The notes under the pieces are model-generated. The model searched no databases. It was not told the DNA's origin and worked only from the letters and a program-made list of their open reading frames with translations. DNA of 64,000 nucleotides from a bacterium (GTDB lineage: Bacteria > Chlamydiota > Chlamydiia > Chlamydiales > Rhabdochlamydiaceae), in contig JBGAFT010000003.1 in the NCBI GenBank assembly GCA_044227055.1, positions 167,583 to 231,582 on the forward strand, read 5' to 3'. The first letter of the stretch is position 1, and every line of letters begins with the position of its first letter. Below are positions 18,407-27,072 of this stretch, piece by piece. Both the position numbers and the translations under genes were made by a program.

Positions 18407-19294
18407 ATGGAAAAAGATCTTAAATATCAAAATTTGCTTCTGCTATTGCTGTGTGCAATGTGCTGGGGGCCTTCTTATCTCTTTATCAAAATTTCCGTCA
18501 CTGAAATACCCCCCATCACTTTAGTGCTATTACGCTTGGGGATTGCTGCAATGATATTGGGCGGTATATGCCTTTTACAACGGCATAATATTTTTGCCTG
18601 GAGACATCTCTGGAAACAATTTGCAGTAATGGGGATAACTCTAAATGCGCTCCCATTTTTTCTCATTAGTTATGGAGAACTATACATTTCAAGTTCTCTT
18701 GCCGGAATACTCAATAGCTTTACGCTCATTTTCACTGCGATTTTAGGTCATTTTTTTGGTAAACATGATTCTCTTACTAAAAATAAGACTGTTGGCATCT
18801 GCATTGGACTCATCGGTTTGGGTGTCATTTATTTGCCCATGCTTTTTCATGAAAACGCCCATGCTGACCTTGGGGCGCTAATGATCGTTTGCGCATGTTT
18901 GAGCTATGGAACAGGTTCTGTTTATGCGCGCAGGCACATACATAATGTTCCGAGCATTGTGGCCCTAACTTTTCAACTAATTATCGCGACGGCATTTTTA
19001 ATCCCACTATCTTTGTTCATCGATCAGCCATTTAAGCTGCCAATCCCTACTCTATCGGCTATCATGGGAGCATTAGGGCTAGGGGTGGTTGGTACAGCTG
19101 CTGGCTTTTTCTTTTATTTCAAGGCTATCCAAAGAGCAGGAGCAACATACGCTTCCTTGGCTGTGCTTTTGGTGCCAATCCTCGCTATGCTGTATGGCGT
19201 AATCTTTCTCAGTGAATACATCGGTTGGAATCTCTACTTGGGTACTCTTTTGATTATTTCGGGTATCTTGTTCATTCACAAAAAGAGTGCATAA
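18407..19294 (+). CDS. EamA/DMT-family transporter
   Basis: 295 aa, ~10 TM spans in two similar halves, typical of the drug/metabolite transporter superfamily. Confidence 0.85.
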   Translation: MEKDLKYQNLLLLLLCAMCWGPSYLFIKISVTEIPPITLVLLRLGIAAMILGGICLLQRHNIFAWRHLWKQFAVMGITLNALPFFLISYGELYISSSLAGILNSFTLIFTAILGHFFGKHDSLTKNKTVGICIGLIGLGVIYLPMLFHENAHADLGALMIVCACLSYGTGSVYARRHIHNVPSIVALTFQLIIATAFLIPLSLFIDQPFKLPIPTLSAIMGALGLGVVGTAAGFFFYFKAIQRAGATYASLAVLLVPILAMLYGVIFLSEYIGWNLYLGTLLIISGILFIHKKSA

Positions 19295-19406
19295 AGATAA
19301 GGTTTTTTTTGTTTGTTGCTCAATAATATGACTTTCTAGATCAGAATAATCCGACTTGATAAGTCTTTATCGATTTTTATACTGAATGGGACTTAACGAT
19401 GAGAAC

Positions 19407-20711
19407 CTATTTGACATTTGCGATCATAATTGGCGGAATGACTTTGTACGTAAGGGGGCTGTTTGGAGATTTAGGCTTCATTTTATTTTCCAAAGCGATT
19501 TTTAATGCTAATCGAGCAGTGCTAAGGAGTAAGGTGTATTTTGCAAGATTCTCTCCAATGCAATGATAAGGTCCACTGCTAAAATTTAAAAGGCTCTTAT
19601 CTTTCAATAGATTTGGTTTACTGCCGTTTCCAAAAAATCTCTCAGGCTTGAATTTTTCAGGTTCTGGCCATAAGTTAGCGTCCCGTTGATATCCTAATAC
19701 GTTAAACATTACCACATCACCTGGTTGGATCTTTTGATCTCCAAGATCAAAGTGTTCATTTGCAACGCGGACAATTTGAGGCATTACAGGATAAAGGCGC
19801 AGGGCTTCTAAAACAAAAGAGTGAAGAGTTGCGGAAGGTTCAATTTTTTTAGTATACCATCGATTTTTCCATTCACCTCCTTCAACAAAAAGTATTAATT
19901 CTTTGGCAAATTCTTCCTTAATCTGATCGAAGAAATTTGAAGAGGTGCAAAAACAGGTATCAGAAAGAACTTCAAAACGTTGTATGAATTCCTCATGCAT
20001 TTGATTTGCCCATTTGGGATTCTCTGCCAACAACGCCGTTATGAATTTTAATGACTCATCCGTTGTATGGAGGCTTGTTTTTTCTAGCGTATCTAAAGAA
20101 GATATTGCTTCCTTTTGAGAAAAATTTGAATGATTGTTGGCTATTTGGCAGAGATCGGTCTTTAATAATGATAGGTCTGAGATTCCATGACTAATGCCAT
20201 CAATAGCGATCCTTTTTGCTAGTTCTAGGAGATACTTTTCTGTAATCCCTCTCTTAGACAATGTATTTTCAAATGGACTACGCAATCTCGTATGCTCATT
20301 TGAAGGACAGATCAGCATATTATCACTAGAACCGATTTCAGCATCAGCAACGGTATAGTAGATAGAGTAGCGTTTACTAGATCTCCCTTGCTTAAGTCCT
20401 TCATGAATTAGATTTAAGTCATTGATAACATGAATTTTGCGTCGTATATTTTTGATAGAGCTAAGATATCCTGACCACGTAGGCTGGTATATAAACTGTG
20501 ATAGGTCCCAAATTTTGCACGATTCAATCTTCTTAGCTTTGCCTTGTTCTGCCAAATGGGTGATTTGGTCAGCAAAGGCCCAGGGAGAATATGAATTGTT
20601 GATATACTCTGTTGTCTCGCTGCTAAAATCTTGGATTGTTTTTTTTAATAATCCTAAAGAATTATACATACAACTAATGTAATTATAAGAGTAATTAATC
20701 AAGCTGCTCAT
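19407..20711 (-). CDS. cytochrome P450
   Basis: Heme-thiolate loop FSSGPYHCIGENLA (FxxGxxxCxG), the K-helix ExxR (EALR) and the PERF motif (KPERFF), in the correct order and spacing. Flanks are AT-rich. Confidence 0.8.
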   Translation of the reverse strand: MSSLINYSYNYISCMYNSLGLLKKTIQDFSSETTEYINNSYSPWAFADQITHLAEQGKAKKIESCKIWDLSQFIYQPTWSGYLSSIKNIRRKIHVINDLNLIHEGLKQGRSSKRYSIYYTVADAEIGSSDNMLICPSNEHTRLRSPFENTLSKRGITEKYLLELAKRIAIDGISHGISDLSLLKTDLCQIANNHSNFSQKEAISSLDTLEKTSLHTTDESLKFITALLAENPKWANQMHEEFIQRFEVLSDTCFCTSSNFFDQIKEEFAKELILFVEGGEWKNRWYTKKIEPSATLHSFVLEALRLYPVMPQIVRVANEHFDLGDQKIQPGDVVMFNVLGYQRDANLWPEPEKFKPERFFGNGSKPNLLKDKSLLNFSSGPYHCIGENLAKYTLLLSTARLALKIALENKMKPKSPNSPLTYKVIPPIMIANVK

Positions 20712-20896
20712 AGAATCCTGGGTTGATAATTATATTTATTATAAATCACTTTTTATTATCATAAAATGATTATTTTATTTGTTTTATAAGTGCTTAGCAT
20801 TTAGTTGCTTTTGTTTTGTTGTAGATTTGAGTGCATGTAATAATGTTGTCGTTTAATTTTATTTAAACTATTAAAGAATTAAATAGGGGGGACATT

Positions 20897-21214
20897 ATGA
20901 CACAGTATCGTGCAGTTGTACATTACCGCTTAAAGAAAGGCATGGAAGAGCAGGCATTTCGTTTTCTTGAGAACGAGCTGATGAAAAAAGCTGCAGAGTG
21001 GGGCTGCCACCACATCGAAATTCTTCAGAACGACCAAGATCCAACCAGCTTCATTGGGATCGCTTTATGGCATAGTATTGAAGATGCACGCAAGTTTCAA
21101 GCTCATTGGGAGAAGAAAGAAAAAGAGTTCCAGCGCTTTTGCACAAGCGAACCAAGAAGAGAATTCTGCAAGGTCCGCTCTAATTTCCAAGAGAAGATGA
21201 GAAAAGCTGCGTAA
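20897..21214 (+). CDS. small ABM-like (antibiotic-biosynthesis-monooxygenase fold) protein
   Basis: 105 aa with RBS GGGGGG. The pattern hydrophobic strand (AVVHYRL) ... FIGIALWHSIEDARKF is typical of dimeric alpha+beta barrel proteins. The call is tentative. Confidence 0.55.
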   Translation: MTQYRAVVHYRLKKGMEEQAFRFLENELMKKAAEWGCHHIEILQNDQDPTSFIGIALWHSIEDARKFQAHWEKKEKEFQRFCTSEPRREFCKVRSNFQEKMRKAA

Positions 21215-21352
21215 AGTAATTATAACCTACGTTATCAACACATGATGACCAACTGGCTGTAGCTTGGTAAAGTTGCCTCTCATCTTGGTCTATTATTTGG
21301 CATGGCCTTTCGATGTTTGGGATGCAGAGCTTCGATTGTATTTTGCCCTGCT

Positions 21353-21377
21353 GGCGACAGTTGTGTCGCCTTTTATT
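21353..21377 (+). terminator. candidate rho-independent terminator
   Basis: GGCGACA gttg TGTCGCC followed by TTTTATT. It lies 139 nt after the ABM-like gene, in the convergent gap with malQ. Confidence 0.4.
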
Positions 21378-21389
21378 GCTTTGGTTAAC

Positions 21390-22991
21390 CTAGAGCGGGG
21401 TGGGGTTATAGATAACAGCCTGCATCGCTTCTTTTAACCTTTGGTGGGAGGTAAACTCTTCCACTGAGGGGCGAAAACGGTAGGTCCAATTTGTCGGTAG
21501 TTGTTTTCCAGGAATGTTAATCCTTTCTTCATCGGGGTTTGACCAAGAGAGCTCAGGAAAAAGGCATAAGTATTCTTGAAGTAAGTTGATATGGAAGATG
21601 CTACTGGAATGATGGGAGTCCCAAAGGATCGATAGGCGCATTTTTCTGGTAAAATCCGGAGTATAGATCCATCCCTTAAATTTTGCGTATGTCTCTGCTT
21701 CTTCTGGATTGTTAGTCCACCATTGGACTAAGGTCTCGGAATCATGAGTTGACACAGTTGTCATGCTCAATATCGGGTATTCTTGAATAGGTATATAGGA
21801 CCCATCCGTTTTCCATTCTCGCTCCCAACGCATAACCTTTGTTCCACAGATCCCCAGTTCGGCCAAAGTTTCACGAACTTCTGTTGGGACCAATCCTAAA
21901 TCCTCTGCTATTGGCAGCATGGGTGAATAACGGAGAATCATTTCGAGGTGTTCTCTTCCCTCTGGTAACCATAAGCTTTTGTCAAAAGGGATGAATCTCC
22001 CCTCAGAAGGAGGAGCTCCGAGAGGTATTCCCCATATACGAAAGAACCCTACTACATGATCGATTCGGAAAATATCATAAAAGTTTGATGCGTAAGAGAG
22101 CCTTTGTTTCCACCAACTATATTGGCTTTTTTTCTTCACTTCCCATACATAGAGTGGAAATCCCCAATATTGCCCCTCTGTATTATAAGTATCAGGAGGC
22201 GCTCCTGCAGCCAAAGTGAGATCAAAATATTCAGGATGTGTCCACACATCGCTACTGTCTGGGCTAATGAGAATGGGAATGTCGCCTTTGATAAAGACCC
22301 CTTTTTGATGTGCATATTCCTTTACTTGCTTGAGCTGCAGGTAACATAAGTATTGCAACGTGATAAAAAAGCACACTTCAGGCCAATTTTTATTGATGAG
22401 TTCCTCTCTTTCAGCTGTGCTCAATTCTTTGAGGTTTTTTGGCCATGTCAACCAACTATTCTGTCCTAATTGGTTTTTGAGCACTTTGTATAGGCCGTAA
22501 GTCTTGAGCCATGGATTATCGGTGATATATTTGACAAATGCTTGATCTTTGGAAAAAGTAGTGGCGAATTTTTCAAAATATGTTCTTAACCATGTCATTT
22601 TATGGCTTTGTACGTCGTAATAGGCAACTCTTTGTACATGGTCATGGAGTTGGAATTCATCAAGTGCCTTTTGCAGGCCTTTATCGGTTTCAAGATAAGG
22701 GAGGTCCCAAAGGGATAGGTAAATAGGATTGATTGCGCAGGAAGATAATGCATTATAAGGGCTAGGGTCATTGCCTGAATCATTTAAGGGGAGTAGTTGG
22801 ATAATTTGGATCTTGAGCTCGCTGCACCAATCGATCAAGGGGATAAGATCTTTGATCTCTCCTATTCCAGAGCTTTTTTTGCTGCGCAGAGCGCTTAAGG
22901 GGATATCGATGCCATGGTGAGGAACGAGAGGAAATGGTTTCCATTGTTCTTTTGCTGGGCACTTTACAATTTTATCAGACCAAATTGTCAT
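21390..22991 (-). CDS. malQ: 4-alpha-glucanotransferase (amylomaltase, GH77)
   Basis: 533 aa with FRIDHVVGFFRIW, GICGTKVMRWE, STHDS and PYNALS motifs. Confidence 0.93.
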   Translation of the reverse strand: MTIWSDKIVKCPAKEQWKPFPLVPHHGIDIPLSALRSKKSSGIGEIKDLIPLIDWCSELKIQIIQLLPLNDSGNDPSPYNALSSCAINPIYLSLWDLPYLETDKGLQKALDEFQLHDHVQRVAYYDVQSHKMTWLRTYFEKFATTFSKDQAFVKYITDNPWLKTYGLYKVLKNQLGQNSWLTWPKNLKELSTAEREELINKNWPEVCFFITLQYLCYLQLKQVKEYAHQKGVFIKGDIPILISPDSSDVWTHPEYFDLTLAAGAPPDTYNTEGQYWGFPLYVWEVKKKSQYSWWKQRLSYASNFYDIFRIDHVVGFFRIWGIPLGAPPSEGRFIPFDKSLWLPEGREHLEMILRYSPMLPIAEDLGLVPTEVRETLAELGICGTKVMRWEREWKTDGSYIPIQEYPILSMTTVSTHDSETLVQWWTNNPEEAETYAKFKGWIYTPDFTRKMRLSILWDSHHSSSIFHINLLQEYLCLFPELSWSNPDEERINIPGKQLPTNWTYRFRPSVEEFTSHQRLKEAMQAVIYNPTPL

Positions 22992-23040
22992 TATACCTCT
23001 TGCGTACTCAGTATTCGTCGATTCTCGAGATTATTTTTTC

Positions 23041-23490
23041 TCATATAAAAAAAGGACGCGGAGCAGAAGGAATGGACGTGCTTGACGGAGCTGGTCTGCC
23101 TGATAGAATTGCCGAGCGCCATTCTTCCACCGTCTTGATGAACTCCACAAGAAAGTTTGCAAGCTTTTCACCGGTGATCTCTATAAAGGGAATGTAGGTA
23201 AACAAAGTTAAATTGCGGTTCCTTTCAGAAAAGGCTAAAGAAGCGAGGCGAGGAACTTGATCATTGGCTTTGAGCGCTTCCTTTAGGATCTCTTCGCAAA
23301 ACTTTCCTGCAGGAACTTCTACGATAAACGCTGCTACTAGGATCGATTCTTTCTGGAGGTCGCATTCAATTTGGACATGGTAATGATCATTGATCTTCAA
23401 TTTGCACGCGCGATGTTTGTCGGGATGCAAACTGATGCCTAATTGGACACTAAGCTCGGTTAAGATTTGTTCAAAACGGTCCATCATCAT
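23041..23490 (-). CDS. sycE: type III secretion class I chaperone (SycE/CesT-like; Scc1 position)
   Basis: 149 aa and acidic, with MDRFEQILTELSVQLGI... at the N-terminus. It sits immediately downstream of copN with an ATGA overlap, the same position as Chlamydia Scc1. Confidence 0.75.
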   Translation of the reverse strand: MMMDRFEQILTELSVQLGISLHPDKHRACKLKINDHYHVQIECDLQKESILVAAFIVEVPAGKFCEEILKEALKANDQVPRLASLAFSERNRNLTLFTYIPFIEITGEKLANFLVEFIKTVEEWRSAILSGRPAPSSTSIPSAPRPFFI

Positions 23491-24668
23491 GATTTGTCTT
23501 CCTCCTCATCTTCCTCTTCTTCGTCTTCTTCGAGTTTATCATCGATGTCTTCAATCGTTTCAATATATGTCATGAGAACATCTTGTCGATGTTGTTCAGA
23601 ACGAAAGAGGCGAGGAGCGACACCTCGGACGGCATCGCGGAATTGGGTATACAAAATGAGCTGTGCTTCGAGTTCGTCAGAGAGCCCAAGCGCGATTGCC
23701 ATGTGGAGTGCTTTTTCTACGGAAGGGTATCGCTCTTGAAGAAACTTGGTAAACAGTCTTGAGAGCTCCTCGAACTTAAGCCTATCTGGGACATTCAGAC
23801 CGCGTCTTCGGAAGCTTGATTCGATCAAACGCATACGGGAACGAAAGAATTTATAAACACCTAGAATAGCCTGGAGTGTACGAGCCTCTGTCATCAATCG
23901 ATGAAGCTCAGCTCTAGAAATAGAGGGTCCTTTTGATTTGAGATCAGCTCCCATGGCGTGGAGGAGAAAATCAATAAGGGAGCGCATTTTCTCGAAAGAA
24001 AAATTCTTATTCAGTTCTTCAAAAAGAGTAGTTGGTTCTCGAGGGTTGCCTGTGATATCGCGGTAGATGTCGCGTAAAGCAGTGGGATTGCCAAGACCTT
24101 GAGCTGAAAAAGCACGTGCGTGCTCTGCAGTATTGCGACCAGCGCGCACTTCTCTGCCAAAATTGTTATTTAGTGACTCTTTGGCTTCACGGATATTTGC
24201 TGCAAATTCTATATCAGCTGTTTCAAGTAAGAAGTCAAGCGCTTCATCAGCTAGAAAGTAATCGGTATAAAATTCGCGGACCTTACGAAGGATTTCTTCT
24301 GCAGAGTCGTCTTTTGATATACGGCTCTGTAAGATGAGGAGGGTACGAGCCTGGAGCTCCGGGTTGCGTTTTTGGAATTTATCAGACACCTCTTCAGATC
24401 TCTTCACCTCTAAAATCCGTTTTCCTTCCTGTGTCTTTGAGCTTTCTTCTTCTTTATCTTTTTTTCGTGTTTTGACTTCCAGAGGCTCAAAACGTCTAGC
24501 CATAGCCAAAGGGTTGAAGGCGGAAAGCTCAGACCATTCTGTAAATTCCTCTGAACTGCTTTCTTGGGCGATAGCGTAAGCTTGGAGTTCAGCCTTCGCA
24601 GCTCTTTGTGCCAAAAGTTGTTCAGGAGTAATGGGAGGAACGCGCGAGGCGCTGAGATCTTCAGTCAT
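23487..24668 (-). CDS. copN: T3SS gatekeeper SctW (CopN/LcrE/YopN-TyeA family)
   Basis: 393 aa, helical and acidic, at the locus position between the chaperone and sctV. The family assignment rests mainly on position and composition. There is an unusual C-terminal EEDEEEEDEEED tail. Confidence 0.75.
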   Translation of the reverse strand: MTEDLSASRVPPITPEQLLAQRAAKAELQAYAIAQESSSEEFTEWSELSAFNPLAMARRFEPLEVKTRKKDKEEESSKTQEGKRILEVKRSEEVSDKFQKRNPELQARTLLILQSRISKDDSAEEILRKVREFYTDYFLADEALDFLLETADIEFAANIREAKESLNNNFGREVRAGRNTAEHARAFSAQGLGNPTALRDIYRDITGNPREPTTLFEELNKNFSFEKMRSLIDFLLHAMGADLKSKGPSISRAELHRLMTEARTLQAILGVYKFFRSRMRLIESSFRRRGLNVPDRLKFEELSRLFTKFLQERYPSVEKALHMAIALGLSDELEAQLILYTQFRDAVRGVAPRLFRSEQHRQDVLMTYIETIEDIDDKLEEDEEEEDEEEDKS

Positions 24669-24798
24669 GTTTTAGTCCCGTTAACCTGAGTGTAATGAGC
24701 TCAAATAAAAGTTGCAATAAAAGTATGAGAATAAGCTTTTATGTAGCAGTATTTCTTTGAAGATACTAATAAATTCGTTAACCTTTTGCCTTTTATTT

Positions 24799-24823
24799 AG
24801 AGACTGTTAAAAAATTCAGGATT
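24799..24823. repeat. degenerate solo copy of the left terminus of the 61315-61486 element
   Basis: AGAGACTGTTAAaaAATTCAGgATT compared with AGAGACTGTTAAcgGATTCAGATT at 61315. Confidence 0.5.
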
Positions 24824-25066
24824 TGCTTGTTCAAAACATTGTAATGTCAGGCAACAACAGAACAAAGAGAGCAATACCATTTCTGAAATAAATGTACATG
24901 GGACTGCGTCAAAGCTCTCTTGGGTTAACGCTCACATGTTTCCCAATATTGGAAATACGGGAGCGGCTTTCGATCGATGAAGCTCGAGGCTTCGACGCAG
25001 CTGAATTGTGCATTTACTTTTCAGAAACGGTATTGATCCTTCAATCTATGGAAGATGCTGTTTTAT

Positions 25067-26668
25067 TTAAGGGAATTTTACAATCACTAAGGGGCTAAGC
25101 GCAAAATTTGTACTTAGGGCTGCTATCCCATATGTCACTTCACTGTTCTGCACAGCATTATTATCGACAAATTCTAGTATATTCTGGTCGACGATCGCAA
25201 TACGAATACCGTTACGATACACCGCATAACTTTCTAAATAAGGGTCTAGACTAGGATCCCAGGTAAGTTTGTTCAAATATTCTGTTAAAACACCCATGTT
25301 TACGGTTTGCTGAACCACTTTCAAATTAGATGGTGGTAGTACTTCTGGTTTGGTTGCGTTTGCAGCTTTAATTAGGTTATTAGTTCCATCATTTTGTATC
25401 CAAATTGCGCTCACGTGATCCATTTCGTTGACACTGGTAATAGAGACTCTAGGAAATCCGCTCTGCCCACCCTCTGAGATGATTTGTTGGCTAGGCCAAA
25501 AATTGGGCAATGGGCTTGCTACATGAGACTCCGATGCTTGGATTAAAATATTTTTCCCATCAAAGTTCATATATACAGCTACAACATCTCCATCGTCGTC
25601 AAGGCCGGCATCTGCAGAATATCCGTATAAATTGGATATGAGTAGTGTGCCACCTTGAAACTCCCATGCTCCTTCAAATAATTTTCTCGCTGTTTCTACA
25701 TCGAACAGATTGCCTTCTTTAGAAGATGTCCAAATAGCGAGTAAGTTGTCGTATTTGTCGATACATAATTTCAAAGTGAAATCTGCAGGATTTTTTAAAG
25801 AAACCTCGGATAATTTCTCCAAAGTCAACCAATCGCTAGTACCTGTTTTTAATTGAGAAGCTGCAAGTATAACATTAGAGAATGATTCTCTATATTGATT
25901 AAATCTAAACCATAATGTGTAAGCATTCCCAATAGAATCAACAATTACTTTTGGGTAATTGTCGCGAAATGAAATGGTAGGGGTGAAAAATTGTTTAGGT
26001 TGAGACCAGACATTTTCATTAATTTTTTTGCTTACCGAGTTTAACTGATCTGCTGTATCAGAGACAGAATGCCATACAGCAAACACCGTCCCATCTGAAC
26101 CAATGAATGCATCGGGAGCACTTGCATTCACTGTTGATCCAGAAATTGTATCTGGGCTGCCTTGCCAATCGCGCCCTGATAATTTTGTCGAAGATTGTAG
26201 AGACACAACATTGCTACTATCTGTTTGAACCCATACTGCAACTATATTGCCAGTTTTGTCTATGGCAAGTACTGGATTAGACGAGCTTCCGTCACCAGAC
26301 AATACTATAGGTGAGCTCCAAGCCTGATTTAGTTGTTGAGTTGAAGATTTCAACTTTCCTGCGTCTACCCAAAGAGCAGTAGATGCACCAGTTACATCCG
26401 TCACCGATTGCAAAGAAGTTATGTTATCTCCTCTTGAGACTTCAATAGAAGGCCCCCAATCTTTTCCAACAATCATAGTTCTAGATTGAATGACATCTCT
26501 TTCGAGCCAGACAGCATGAACATTTCCAAGGCCATCAACACTTATGCTCGGATTCGAAGCATCAATTCCCTCGCTGGATAGGGTTACCGGACGATCCCAT
26601 GACAATGCTTCTGCTGTTAATTCTGCAAAAAGTATCATCCCCACCATTAATGCCATGAGTTTTTTCAT
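25067..26668 (-). CDS. secreted repeat protein: ~7-bladed beta-propeller-like region plus C-terminal fibronectin type III-like domain
   Basis: I prefer the ATG at 26668 (MKKLMALMVGMILFAELTAEA signal peptide, AGAGGG RBS). Seven spaced repeats of D..GN...A(V/I)W occur, for example VDGLGNVHAVWLE, IDKTGNIVAVWVQ, SDGTVFAVWHS, DSIGNAYTLWFR, DKYDNLLAIWTS, DDGDVVAVYMN and MDHVSAIWIQ. The C-terminus PPSNLKV...LTWDPS...YAVYRNG...VTYGIAAL looks like Fn3. Confidence 0.8.
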   Translation of the reverse strand: MKKLMALMVGMILFAELTAEALSWDRPVTLSSEGIDASNPSISVDGLGNVHAVWLERDVIQSRTMIVGKDWGPSIEVSRGDNITSLQSVTDVTGASTALWVDAGKLKSSTQQLNQAWSSPIVLSGDGSSSNPVLAIDKTGNIVAVWVQTDSSNVVSLQSSTKLSGRDWQGSPDTISGSTVNASAPDAFIGSDGTVFAVWHSVSDTADQLNSVSKKINENVWSQPKQFFTPTISFRDNYPKVIVDSIGNAYTLWFRFNQYRESFSNVILAASQLKTGTSDWLTLEKLSEVSLKNPADFTLKLCIDKYDNLLAIWTSSKEGNLFDVETARKLFEGAWEFQGGTLLISNLYGYSADAGLDDDGDVVAVYMNFDGKNILIQASESHVASPLPNFWPSQQIISEGGQSGFPRVSITSVNEMDHVSAIWIQNDGTNNLIKAANATKPEVLPPSNLKVVQQTVNMGVLTEYLNKLTWDPSLDPYLESYAVYRNGIRIAIVDQNILEFVDNNAVQNSEVTYGIAALSTNFALSPLVIVKFP

Positions 26669-26869
26669 GTTGCCCTCTTTAGATTCTGTTGTTGAAATGA
26701 GATTCAAACGACTTGTCACTTTCTTTTGAACCAGCAAGAAAGACTTTAAAGAGATGAATTAAAAAAATCTATATCATTATCGTCGTGCTACATTGGTGTT
26801 ACGGTGGCAAAAAGGGATAACAGTAAAAGTTGGCTGTTCCAAAATTTAGGATGCGGATTTTAATAGTTC

Positions 26870-27010
26870 TCTTGCGAAACTAAGGGATTGTCGGTTTTTG
26901 AGATTGTTTTTGCCGCTTTTCAATTCAAATTACAGGGGTAATGTAATAAAGTTGATACCTTTCCTGTAATTTGAAGTCGAAAATCGAAAGAGCCTTAGTA
27001 ACGCAAAAGG
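26870..27010. repeat. nested palindromic intergenic element, same family as 30517-30629
   Basis: Inner 13-bp inverted repeat TTCAAATTACAGG (26924-26936) / CCTGTAATTTGAA (26963-26975). Outer arms are CTAAGGG...GCCTTAG. It is collinear with the reverse complement of 30517-30629. Confidence 0.7.
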
Positions 27011-27072
27011 TCTATTGTAAGTTTTTTGCGAAGTTTCCAATAACCGTCCAACTTTTAGTTTTACAACAGGCT

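Noticed and set aside
23467-23739. 90-aa plus-strand ORF with a poly-serine run (SSSSSSSSSSSS).
   Set aside because: It is the antisense reading of the acidic GAA/GAG-rich tail of copN and the start of the chaperone gene, so it is an artefact.
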